A DNA stretch of 64,000 bases from Candidatus Omnitrophota bacterium. GTDB lineage: Bacteria > Omnitrophota > Gorgyraeia > Gygaellales > Profunditerraquicolaceae. The notes beneath the pieces were generated by a model. The model had not been told where the DNA came from, ran no database searches, and saw only the letters and a program-made list of their open reading frames with translations. Position numbers and translations under genes: made by a program. Where the stretch lies: contig JBAZTA010000002.1 in assembly GCA_041662125.1 (NCBI GenBank), forward strand, positions 396,154-460,153, in the 5' to 3' direction. Shown here piece by piece: positions 1 through 8,365 of this stretch (the stretch's first letter is position 1; the number at the start of each line of letters is the position of its first letter).

Positions 1-1
1 G

Positions 2-664
2 CTCAAGCATACCAAGCAATCAGGACAAAAGCATGAATCGGAATATAATCTTGATTTAGTCCGGTACGTAGGCGTTCACCCGCTGGGTAAAAGATTATAT
101 GTTCCTATAACTGCAGGTGCAGAGGAATGGGTAAATGAATTATTTGATCAGAAAGGGATAAAAGGAGGCTCAAACCTTATAGCGCTTCACCCATCTTCCA
201 GTTGTCCTTCGAAAATCTGGTTACCTGAGCGGTTTGCGAAAGTTGCCGATATGTTAATTGAGAAATATAGCGCTACAGTTTTGATAGTCGCAGGGGCGAA
301 AGATATTGCGATCGCTGAAGCTGTGATGAAAAGAATGCGTCATAAAGCTCTGAATTTGGCAGGGAAAACTTCTGTTGCCCAACTGGTGAGTGTATTGAAA
401 CGCTGCCGGCTTTTTATTTCCAATGATTCCGGCCCTGTGCATATTGCTTCCGCAGTTCAGACACCGGTTATAGTTATTTTTGGAAGGAACCAGTTGGGGT
501 TAAGCCCGAAGCGCTGGGGGCCGCTCGGGCCAAAAGACCAGGTTTTGCATAAAGAGGTTGGGTGTGTTGCCTGCCTTGCCCATAATTGTAAAAAAGGTTT
601 TGCGTGTTTAAAAGCTATTACTGTTGAAGAGGTCCTGGCTGCGGCACAGAGGGTTTTGTGTTAA
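2..664 (+). CDS. ADP-heptose:LPS heptosyltransferase (GT9 family), 5'-truncated by window edge
   Basis: Open frame from window start joins the track ORF 251..664. C-terminal GT9 motifs are present (SNDSGPVHIASAV, PVIVIFG). No upstream stop, so the gene begins before the window. Confidence 0.65.
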   Translation, partial: LKHTKQSGQKHESEYNLDLVRYVGVHPLGKRLYVPITAGAEEWVNELFDQKGIKGGSNLIALHPSSSCPSKIWLPERFAKVADMLIEKYSATVLIVAGAKDIAIAEAVMKRMRHKALNLAGKTSVAQLVSVLKRCRLFISNDSGPVHIASAVQTPVIVIFGRNQLGLSPKRWGPLGPKDQVLHKEVGCVACLAHNCKKGFACLKAITVEEVLAAAQRVLC

Positions 665-670
665 AATAAC

Positions 671-698
671 TTGACAACCTATACCCTTTAAGTATAAT
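671..698 (+). promoter_or_regulatory. Sigma70-like promoter upstream of ptsN-like gene
   Basis: TTGACA, 16-nt spacer, TATAAT. Both hexamers match consensus. Confidence 0.6.
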
Positions 699-775
699 AT
701 GGGCAACAACTTAAGAGGGTTTTTTGGGTTTTTCTCACGTTACGTATACACAGTATATAGGAGGAGGCGCTTCTG

Positions 776-1273
776 GTGGCTCGTAAAGAAAGAAACGAAT
801 TAAGCTTATCACGCATTCTTAAGGAAAAATACATTGAGCTTGATCTTAAAGAGGTCAATAAAAATAAATTATTGAGTGAATTAGTTGATTTGATCGCTCA
901 ATCTGGAAAGTTAAAAGATAAAAAAGTATTCTTAAAGGCGCTTTTGAAACGGGAAAAGTTGGGGTCAACCGGTATTGGGAATGGTGTGGCTATACCCCAT
1001 ACGAAGTCTTCGGAAGTAAAGGATTTTATCCTTGCTTTCGCGCGGCAGGACCAGGGGATTGATTTCGGCGCTTTAGACGGAGAGAAAACATTTTTATTTT
1101 TTGTATTGGCATCGCCGGAAGTTGATGTGGGAAATCACTTAAAGATCCTGGCGCAGATTTCACGGTTGGTGAAGGATAAGTTTACTGTCGAATACCTCAA
1201 GAAAGTAAAAACTAAGAAAGAAATCTTAAAAATTATATCAAATTTTGAATCGCAGAGCGTTTCCCTCGTTTAA
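776..1273 (+). CDS. ptsN: PTS EIIA type-2 (nitrogen-regulatory EIIA-Ntr-like)
   Basis: GIGNGVAIPH phosphorylation-site signature of PTS EIIA type 2. GTG start preceded by the GGAGGAGG RBS. Length 165 aa. Confidence 0.7.
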   Translation: MARKERNELSLSRILKEKYIELDLKEVNKNKLLSELVDLIAQSGKLKDKKVFLKALLKREKLGSTGIGNGVAIPHTKSSEVKDFILAFARQDQGIDFGALDGEKTFLFFVLASPEVDVGNHLKILAQISRLVKDKFTVEYLKKVKTKKEILKIISNFESQSVSLV

Positions 1274-1311
1274 ATAACCTTACCCGGTTGTAAATTTTCT
1301 GTAAGGATGGT

Positions 1312-2490
1312 ATGGAGAAATTAAAGAATATCCTCGTCGGTATTATTTTTATACTTGCTGCGCCGGTCATCGCAGGTGCTGGGGAACCATCGAAAAGTGT
1401 CCCTGAGCTCATTTTCTTTCATTCCCCGAGCTGCCACGCCTGTGTTAAAGCAAAGGCAGAATGTATGCCGGCAATTGAAGAAAAATTCAAAGGGCGGCTT
1501 ACTATTATTTACCGTGACATGGGCGATATTGAGACGTATAAACTTTTGGCAAGTCTTAAGAGCAGGTATAAGATAACCAAATCTCTGGGGTTGCCGATTG
1601 TTTATTGCAATGGTAATCTCCTGAGTGGAGAGAAAGAGGTCTGTTCGGGGATTACTGGGTTTATTGAGCGTTCTTTAAGCGCCTCGCCTGTTGTCGCAGT
1701 CAAATATTCGTTGCAGGACTTGGTCGCGTTCTTTCTTTCGTTTACTCCCTGGGCCGTCATAAGCGCGGGTTTGATCGATGGTATCAATCCGTGCGCATTT
1801 GCGGTGATTATTTTCTTTATTTCATATCTTTCGCTTCAGGGGTACAGGAAAAGAGAATTGTTGGTTATCGGCTTGGTTTTTATCGCTGCAGTGTATTTGG
1901 CGTATTTCTTGATCGGTTTGGGCCTTTTTGGATTTCTCTACCGTTTGAAAGGGTTCTGGCTGGTCACGAAGGTTATTAATTATGGTATCGGGCTCATGTG
2001 TATTCTCCTCGGAGGTTTAGCCTTTTTCGATTTCCTGAAATACAAAAGAACCCGCAGTGTTGAAGGGCTGGCTTTACAGCTGCCTGAACGTTTGAAAAAC
2101 AGGATACATGCTGTTATCGGCGCGCGTTACCGTAAGCAAAAAACGCAAGACACAGGGCCAAAAAAAATAAAAATCGCTCCTTTAGCTGTCAATACCTTTA
2201 TTACGGGATTCCTGGTGTCGATATTGGAAGCGGTTTGTACCGGGCAGGTGTATTTACCGACCATCACCTTTATTTTAAAGAACACGCAGCTGAAATTTGA
2301 GGCGTTGGTTTATTTGGTGTTGTATAATTTGATGTTTGTTGTTCCGTTAGGTATTATTTTCTTGATCGCCCTGTTAGGGGTTACCTCAGAGGAATTTACC
2401 CGATTCTTTAAGAAGAATTTTTTATTAGTTAAAATGGCGATGGTGGTTCTTTTCTTGAGCTTCGGGGTTTATTTGATCTGGAGGGCGTAA
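1312..2490 (+). CDS. DsbD/CcdA-like thiol-disulfide transporter with N-terminal thioredoxin-like domain
   Basis: N-terminal signal/TM segment, then a CxxC motif (SCHAC). Multi-TM core with the GINPCAF and AVCTGQ conserved-Cys motifs typical of CcdA/DsbD. Confidence 0.65.
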   Translation: MEKLKNILVGIIFILAAPVIAGAGEPSKSVPELIFFHSPSCHACVKAKAECMPAIEEKFKGRLTIIYRDMGDIETYKLLASLKSRYKITKSLGLPIVYCNGNLLSGEKEVCSGITGFIERSLSASPVVAVKYSLQDLVAFFLSFTPWAVISAGLIDGINPCAFAVIIFFISYLSLQGYRKRELLVIGLVFIAAVYLAYFLIGLGLFGFLYRLKGFWLVTKVINYGIGLMCILLGGLAFFDFLKYKRTRSVEGLALQLPERLKNRIHAVIGARYRKQKTQDTGPKKIKIAPLAVNTFITGFLVSILEAVCTGQVYLPTITFILKNTQLKFEALVYLVLYNLMFVVPLGIIFLIALLGVTSEEFTRFFKKNFLLVKMAMVVLFLSFGVYLIWRA

Positions 2491-2939
2491 TGAGTGCTCG
2501 GGGATCGGTATTGGCGGTTTTGTTTTTGTTGGTTCCTTTGTCCGGTTGTTTTTCTGAGCCTGCGGGAAAACTGGCTTCGCCTGCCCAAAAGCTTGGCATT
2601 GAAGAGCAGAATACTTGGGATTTTGGCCCGGTTGAATCAGGCAAGATTATGGAACATGATTTTACGATAAAAAATGAAACAAGTGCGCTCTTGCAGATAA
2701 AAGATGTTTCCACATCCTGCGGCTGTACGGTTTCACAAATAAGAAGAAATACCCTGCAGAGGGGTGAGTCTACATCGCTTAATGTGAAATTTAATTCAAA
2801 AGGATATCACGGCCCGGTCCGTCAGTTTGTCTATGTTGATACCAATGATACGCAAAATCCGGTTATGAGATTTGTGGTCAAAGCAGATGTTTTTGATACC
2901 CAGCCTAACATCGAGGCACCGGCTGATAGCCATAAGTAA
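2490..2939 (+). CDS. DUF1573-family lipoprotein
   Basis: Lipobox LSGC after the signal peptide. DUF1573 signature DFGxV...SCGCT. Confidence 0.6.
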   Translation: MSARGSVLAVLFLLVPLSGCFSEPAGKLASPAQKLGIEEQNTWDFGPVESGKIMEHDFTIKNETSALLQIKDVSTSCGCTVSQIRRNTLQRGESTSLNVKFNSKGYHGPVRQFVYVDTNDTQNPVMRFVVKADVFDTQPNIEAPADSHK

Positions 2940-2953
2940 CGGTAAGTTTTTGT

Positions 2954-3030
2954 CCACCCCGCGCTAATTGCACCCAGCCTAATTGGTGTGGCTGGGTACG
3001 CCGCTTTCTGTGGCGGAATTGCGCCGGCAC
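2954..3030 (+). repeat. Conserved intergenic element family A, copy 1 (upstream of htpX)
   Basis: About 75 nt, >85% identical to the copies at 16732-16806 and 22479-22551. Core CCCGCGCTAATTGCACCCAGCCTAATTGGTGTGGCTGGGTACGCCGC...GGCGGnATTGCGC. Two hairpins (ACCCAGCC/GGCTGGGT and CGCCGC/GYGGCG). Followed by a non-conserved hairpin plus a T-run. Confidence 0.7.
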
Positions 3031-3034
3031 CTTG

Positions 3035-3071
3035 CCTTAAATGATAGGCAAGTACGTCGCCTCTGCGACGT
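3035..3071 (+). terminator. Hairpin plus T-run downstream of repeat A copy 1 (terminator or attenuator-like)
   Basis: ACGTCGC CTCT GCGACGT followed by GTTTTG. Preceded by a second hairpin CTTGCC/GGCAAG. Located between the DUF1573 gene and htpX. Confidence 0.4.
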
Positions 3072-3103
3072 GTTTTGAATTCTACAAAAGAAAGGAAGTT
3101 GCT

Positions 3104-4063
3104 ATGTGGTTTCTACAATTGAGAATGAGTTTATTAGTAGTCGCGCTTTTCGCGATCATTTACGCGGTGATCGTAATGATCGGCACGTATATGGGTGTTG
3201 CAAACTTTTATTTCTACTTGGTGATATCCCTGGGGTTAATGTTCATTCAGTACATGATCGGGCCTAAGATCATTGAATGGACGATGCATGTCCGCTATAT
3301 TAAACGCCAGGATAATCCGCGTTTATTCCAAATGGTAGAAAGCTTAAGTACCCAGGCCCGGATCCCGATGCCCAAGGTTGGCATTGCCCAAATAAGTATC
3401 CCCAATGCCTTTGCGTTCGGCAGGTCAATAAAAGACGGCAGGGTCTGCGTTACCGAAGGCATTATGCAGTTGTTGAATGATGATGAATTAAAGGCGGTCC
3501 TAGGCCATGAGTTGAGCCATGTAAAGAACAGGGATGTCTTGACGATTACGCTTCTTTCGGTTATTCCGATGATTATGTACCGCATTGCCTGGAATTTTCT
3601 TTTTTACGGCCGCCGCAGGGATTCACGGGGCGGTAATACCGTTTTGATCGGGATCGTGGCAATGCTCTTTTATTTTATTACTAATTTGCTGGTATTATAT
3701 GCCTCACGCATCAGGGAATATTTCGCGGATCAGGGTTCGATCCTTTTAGGGAATAAGCCTGCGGTCATGGCTTCAAGCTTGTACAAACTGGTTTATGGCG
3801 CGGCTCGGACTGACAAGGAATCCTTGAAAGAAGTCGAGGGTTTAAAAGCTTTCTTTGTGAATGATCCATCCCGGGCTTTAGCTGAAATAAAAGAATTAAA
3901 ACAACTGGATTTGGATAAAAGCGGAACGATTGATGCCCATGAACTGGAACAGTTACGCAACAAACAGGTCAAATTAGGTTTTGGCGATAAAGTCCTGGAG
4001 CTTTTAAGTACTCATCCTAATATGCTTAAGCGTATTAAGCAGCTTTCCGAATTCAAGGCATAA
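3104..4063 (+). CDS. htpX: HtpX-like M48 zinc metalloprotease with C-terminal EF-hand-like motif
   Basis: HELSHV HExxH motif and several TM helices. ATG at 3104 has the AAAGGAAG RBS. The track start 3041 would overlap the upstream repeat element. C-terminal DLDKSGTIDAHE matches the EF-hand loop. Confidence 0.7.
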   Translation: MWFLQLRMSLLVVALFAIIYAVIVMIGTYMGVANFYFYLVISLGLMFIQYMIGPKIIEWTMHVRYIKRQDNPRLFQMVESLSTQARIPMPKVGIAQISIPNAFAFGRSIKDGRVCVTEGIMQLLNDDELKAVLGHELSHVKNRDVLTITLLSVIPMIMYRIAWNFLFYGRRRDSRGGNTVLIGIVAMLFYFITNLLVLYASRIREYFADQGSILLGNKPAVMASSLYKLVYGAARTDKESLKEVEGLKAFFVNDPSRALAEIKELKQLDLDKSGTIDAHELEQLRNKQVKLGFGDKVLELLSTHPNMLKRIKQLSEFKA

Positions 4064-4103
4064 GAGTTTTTTGCGGTAGACTGGAAAAGGGATTCTTGCG
4101 AAT

Positions 4104-4132
4104 TTGACAAGATCGCCGTTTAGTGGTATATT
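4104..4132 (+). promoter_or_regulatory. Sigma70-like promoter upstream of rex paralog 1
   Basis: TTGACA (4104-4109), 17-nt spacer, TATATT (4127-4132). Confidence 0.55.
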
Positions 4133-4140
4133 TTATAAAT

Positions 4141-4158
4141 TTGTGAAAAATGTAACAA
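4141..4158 (+). promoter_or_regulatory. Candidate Rex operator (autoregulatory), partial match
   Basis: TTGTGAAAAATGTAACAA vs consensus TTGTGAA-N4-TTCACAA: perfect left half, 2 mismatches in the right half. Lies between the -10 and the rex start. Confidence 0.4.
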
Positions 4159-4167
4159 GGTTACGCT

Positions 4168-4806
4168 ATGCATGATGCAAAGAAATATATCCCTCAGGAA
4201 ACGGCAAAACGATTAAGTTTATATCTGCGAAGCCTGCGCAGGCTTGGCCAAGAGAAGGTCAGGATAGCTTCTTCGCAGGATATCACCCGTTTTTTGAATA
4301 TCTCTCCTGTCCAACTGAGGAAGGATCTATCGTATTTCGGCGAATTTGGCCGCAGAGGCGTTGGGTATGATGTTGATCTCCTCAAGGGTGAGATCGAAAA
4401 GATATTAGGGACGGATGTGGTTTGGAAGATAGCGCTCGTGGGAATAGGCCGGCTGGGGAGTGCGCTCTTGGGGTACAAGGGGTTCAGAGAATTTAATTTA
4501 CAGATTGAAGTTGCCTTTGATAACGATCCTGTGAAAATCGGAAAGAGCAGAGAAGGCATTAAGATCGAGAATATCGCGCGGATAAAAGAAACCATCGCTC
4601 AAAAAGGAATAAAGATCGCAATGCTTTCGGTTTCCGCGGTATCTGCTCAAAAGGTGAGCGAAGAATTAGTAACATGCGGCATAAAATCAATATTGAATTT
4701 CTCTCCGGTCAACCTGGCTTTGCCTTCGGATATTTATGTCTCGAACGTTGATATGGCGTCGGAATTGGAGAGCCTTGTCTATAAATTAAAAAGAGGGTTT
4801 TCGTAA
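4168..4806 (+). CDS. rex: Redox-sensing transcriptional repressor Rex (paralog 1)
   Basis: N-terminal winged-helix region (SLYLRSL...DLSYFGEFG) and Rossmann motif LVGIGRLGSALLGY. Length 212 aa. Confidence 0.85.
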   Translation: MHDAKKYIPQETAKRLSLYLRSLRRLGQEKVRIASSQDITRFLNISPVQLRKDLSYFGEFGRRGVGYDVDLLKGEIEKILGTDVVWKIALVGIGRLGSALLGYKGFREFNLQIEVAFDNDPVKIGKSREGIKIENIARIKETIAQKGIKIAMLSVSAVSAQKVSEELVTCGIKSILNFSPVNLALPSDIYVSNVDMASELESLVYKLKRGFS

Positions 4807-4807
4807 T

Positions 4808-5608
4808 ATGCATGTGATCTTAGAAAAACTCAATCTTGGCCCGAAAATCTATAGTATCACGGTGGATGTGCCGTTTATCGCCAAGAAAGCACAAGCCGGG
4901 CAGTTCGTGATGGTTAAGCTTCACGAAAAGGGGGAGCGCGTTCCTTTGACTATTTCTGATTATGACCGTGATAAAGGAACGATTACGATTGTTTTTCAGG
5001 ATGTCGGAAAGACTTCGGGATTATTGGCGTCAATGAATACAGGAGACCGTATCACCGATATCCTGGGCCCCCAGGGTAATCCTACTGAAATTGCATTGTT
5101 TGGGACTGTGATAGTGGTAGGCGGAGGTATTGGTGTTGCGCCGGTTTATCCCTTGGCGCAAGCCTTGCGTGAAAAAGGCAACTACGTAATATCAGCGCTG
5201 GGTTACCGCAGTAAGGAGCATGTTTTCTGGGAGGATAAATTGCGTTCTGTCTCTGATGAAGTATATCTTGCTACCAACGATGGATCTTATGGGAAGAAAG
5301 GTTTTGTTACTGATGCCCTTAAGGAAATCTTAGACGCTGGTAAGCATATCGATAGAGTGTTCGCCATCGGCCCGACAATAATGATGAAGGGGATAGTTGA
5401 TGTTGCGAAAAGAAAAAATATCCCGGTCGTCGTCAGCTTGAATTCGTTAATGGTCTGCGGTATGGGGATGTGCGGTGCTTGCCGCGTTACGATAGCAGGT
5501 AAGGTGCGGTTTACCTGTATGGATGGCCCTGATTTTGACGGCGCAGGGGTTGATTTTGAAGAATTAATGCAACGCTTAGATACCTATAAACATGAAGAAT
5601 CCCATTGA
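4808..5608 (+). CDS. nfnA: NfnA-like FAD/[2Fe-2S] oxidoreductase subunit (PyrK/SudB-like)
   Basis: PyrK-like FAD/NAD fold. C-terminal CGMGMCGACR 2Fe-2S motif. Sits immediately upstream of a GltD-like partner. Confidence 0.65.
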   Translation: MHVILEKLNLGPKIYSITVDVPFIAKKAQAGQFVMVKLHEKGERVPLTISDYDRDKGTITIVFQDVGKTSGLLASMNTGDRITDILGPQGNPTEIALFGTVIVVGGGIGVAPVYPLAQALREKGNYVISALGYRSKEHVFWEDKLRSVSDEVYLATNDGSYGKKGFVTDALKEILDAGKHIDRVFAIGPTIMMKGIVDVAKRKNIPVVVSLNSLMVCGMGMCGACRVTIAGKVRFTCMDGPDFDGAGVDFEELMQRLDTYKHEESH

Positions 5609-7010
5609 GAAAAAAACAGTTCCCATGCGCCAGTTGGAGGCTTCACAGAGAATAAAGAATTTCCAGGAGGTTCCGCTGGGATATTCTCAAGAAGAAGCAA
5701 TACGGGAAGCTTCCCGGTGCCTGCAATGCGTGACCCGTCCCTGTGTCAAAGGCTGTCCGGTTACCATCGATATCCCTGGTTTTATCAAGGCGATCAAAGA
5801 TGAAGATTTGCAGAAAGCTATCGATATTCTTCATGAGTCTGATACGTTACCGGCGGTAACCGGGAGGGTTTGCCCGCAAGAAGGGCAGTGCCAATTGACG
5901 TGCGTGCTCGCTCAAGCGGGGGAACCGATATCGATCGGGAGATTAGAACGGTTTGTTGCTGACTGGGATTTGCATAATCGTAAAAACCTCGCCGGCGTTG
6001 AGGTAGCTCAGCAAGGCCTCAAGGTCAAAAAGGTAGCGGTGGTTGGTTCCGGCCCCGCGGGCCTGGCGGCTGCTGCTGATTTGGCGAAAAAGGGCTATTC
6101 TGTTACGGTGTATGAAGGGTTTCATAAATTCGGCGGTGTTCTGGTCTACGGTATCCCTGAATTCCGTCTTCCGAAAGATATCGTAGCTTCTGAGATCGAG
6201 TTTTTGAAGGGATTAGGAGTTATTTTTACGGCTAATGTTTTAATCGGCAGGGCTCTGACGATCCCGGATTTATTTGCGCAAGGCAATGAAGCGGTTTTTA
6301 TCGCTGCGGGAGCGGGGTTACCGAAGTTCATGGGTATCCCGGGTGAAAACTTAAACGGCGTATATTCCGCGAATGAATTCTTGACCAGAGTAAATTTAAT
6401 GAAAGCGTATCAATTCCCTGAATATGATACGCCGGTTAAAAAAGGTGAGCAGGTCGCGGTTATCGGCGGTGGTAATGTTGCCGTTGATGCTGCCAGGACT
6501 GCGCTTCGCCTGGGTGCAAAGACCGTGTATTTGATTTATCGCCGCTCTGAAAAAGAGATGCCTGCCCGGGAAGAAGAAATCCTGCGCGCCAAAGAAGAAG
6601 GCATATCCTTTTGTCTTTTGACGAACCCGGTTTCCTATATCGGAGACAGCCGCGGGTTTATCAAGGCGGCCCAATGCGTTAAGATGGAATTAGGCCAGCC
6701 TGATGTCTCCGGAAGGGCAAGCCCCTATGCGATCCTGGGGTCGGAATTTATCATAGCAGTTGATGAGGTTATTGTTGCCGTCGGGGCAACGCCAAATCCG
6801 ATTCTCGCGCGCACGACTCCCGGTTTAAAGATCAAGCGTGCTGGGCAGATCGAAGTAGATGGATCAGGCAGGACATCGATGCCGGGTGTGTTTGCCGGAG
6901 GCGATATTGTGACGGGATCGGCTACGGTGATCACGGCAATGGGCGCCGGCAGGATCGCCGCGGCTGCCATCGATGAATACCTGAAAGGGAAATTGTGGCC
7001 GAGCATATAA
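5592..7010 (+). CDS. nfnB: NfnB-like / glutamate synthase small-subunit (GltD) family oxidoreductase
   Basis: Two N-terminal Cys clusters (CLQCVTRPCVKGCP). FAD/NAD(P) Rossmann motif VAVVGSGPAGLAAA. Length 472 aa. Confidence 0.7.
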   Translation: MKNPIEKKTVPMRQLEASQRIKNFQEVPLGYSQEEAIREASRCLQCVTRPCVKGCPVTIDIPGFIKAIKDEDLQKAIDILHESDTLPAVTGRVCPQEGQCQLTCVLAQAGEPISIGRLERFVADWDLHNRKNLAGVEVAQQGLKVKKVAVVGSGPAGLAAAADLAKKGYSVTVYEGFHKFGGVLVYGIPEFRLPKDIVASEIEFLKGLGVIFTANVLIGRALTIPDLFAQGNEAVFIAAGAGLPKFMGIPGENLNGVYSANEFLTRVNLMKAYQFPEYDTPVKKGEQVAVIGGGNVAVDAARTALRLGAKTVYLIYRRSEKEMPAREEEILRAKEEGISFCLLTNPVSYIGDSRGFIKAAQCVKMELGQPDVSGRASPYAILGSEFIIAVDEVIVAVGATPNPILARTTPGLKIKRAGQIEVDGSGRTSMPGVFAGGDIVTGSATVITAMGAGRIAAAAIDEYLKGKLWPSI

Positions 7011-8365
7011 TTGACGAAAAATATATTGAGGATACGCTTAAGAAGACAAGATCTCCTTCGAGTGAAACCATTGCCGGTATCCTTAGAAAAGCAAAATTAA
7101 AAAAAGGGCTTACCCTTGAAGAGGCCGGGTATTTGCTGAATGGTAGTCCTGCTTGTATGCAAGATATTTTTCTTGCCGCAGGAAAGGTCAAAAAAGAAAT
7201 ATACGGCGAGAGGCTGGTGTTTTTCGCGCCTTTGTATATTTCTGATTATTGCGTCAATGATTGTGATTATTGTAATTTTCATGCCCGTAATAAAGCCTTG
7301 CAGCGTAGAAAGCTTACCCTTGAAGAAATAGAAGAGCAGGTTAAATTTTTGATCAATATGGGCCATAAGCGTGTTTTGGTCGAGTTCGGGGAAGATCCTG
7401 AGCATAATGATATTGATTATGTGGTAAAAGCCATAGAGATGATATATTCGGTAAAGACGGACAAAGGAAGTATCCGTCGGATCAATGTGAATATCGCGGC
7501 TACCACGTTTGAGAATTATCAAAAGCTTAAAGCCGCTTCTATCGGTACGTATCAGCTTTTTCAGGAGACTTATCATCGGGCTACCTATGAAAAAGTCCAC
7601 CGCGGGCCAAAAGCTGATTACCTGCGTCAGATCACCGCTTATGACCGGGCGCTCGAAGCCGGCCTTGATGATATCGGCCTGGGGGTGCTTTTTGGTTTGT
7701 ATGATTGGCGTTTTGAGGTTTTAGCGCTTATCGCTCATTCCCAGTATTTGGATAAGAACTATAAGGTGGGTCCGCATACCATCTCTGTTCCGCGTTTTCA
7801 GCCTGCGCCTACAGCGCAAATGTCTAAAACCTATCAGGTCAGTGACGAGGATTTTTTGCAACTCATAGCAGTTTTGCGGCTGGCGGTCCCCTATACCGGG
7901 ATGATCATTTCAACACGGGAAAGTGCCCCAATCAGGCGCGCCGCTTTTAAGATCGGGATTTCACAGGCTTCTGCAGCATCCTGCACTACGATCGGCGGTT
8001 ACGGAAAAGGCCATGATCAACCGCAGTTTAAGATCCAGGATGAACGCCCTCTGGAAGAGGTAGTTGAGGATATTGTTAAAGAAGGTTACCTCCCGAGTTT
8101 TTGCACGGCCTGTTACCGTCTGGGCCGCACGGGGGAACATTTTATGGACATCTCTAAGGCAGGGAATATCCATAAATTCTGCCGGCCTAACGGCATCCTT
8201 ACGTTTGCTGAGTACTTGGAAGACTTTGCCGATAAACAACTATATGAAAAGGGCAGGAAAGTCATTGAGTTTTATATAAATCAAATACATGATCAGGCGT
8301 TGCGTGAAAGAACGCGCGCCTGCCTTGATGAAATCAGTAAAGGAAAGAGAGACGTGTATTTCTAA
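6995..8365 (+). CDS. hydG: [FeFe]-hydrogenase maturase HydG (radical SAM tyrosine lyase)
   Basis: CVNDCDYC radical-SAM motif. C-terminal CTAC-x22-C motif typical of HydG rather than ThiH. GTG start. Confidence 0.8.
   Translation: MAEHIIDEKYIEDTLKKTRSPSSETIAGILRKAKLKKGLTLEEAGYLLNGSPACMQDIFLAAGKVKKEIYGERLVFFAPLYISDYCVNDCDYCNFHARNKALQRRKLTLEEIEEQVKFLINMGHKRVLVEFGEDPEHNDIDYVVKAIEMIYSVKTDKGSIRRINVNIAATTFENYQKLKAASIGTYQLFQETYHRATYEKVHRGPKADYLRQITAYDRALEAGLDDIGLGVLFGLYDWRFEVLALIAHSQYLDKNYKVGPHTISVPRFQPAPTAQMSKTYQVSDEDFLQLIAVLRLAVPYTGMIISTRESAPIRRAAFKIGISQASAASCTTIGGYGKGHDQPQFKIQDERPLEEVVEDIVKEGYLPSFCTACYRLGRTGEHFMDISKAGNIHKFCRPNGILTFAEYLEDFADKQLYEKGRKVIEFYINQIHDQALRERTRACLDEISKGKRDVYF

Noticed and set aside
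3041-3103. Upstream in-frame start for htpX given in the ORF track
   Set aside because: It would place the coding start inside the conserved repeat A downstream hairpin/terminator. ATG 3104 has a proper RBS and begins at the first TM helix.
7097-7600. 167-aa minus-strand ORF within hydG
   Set aside because: Overlaps the radical-SAM core of HydG on the opposite strand. Ile/Phe-rich antisense translation, so judged spurious.
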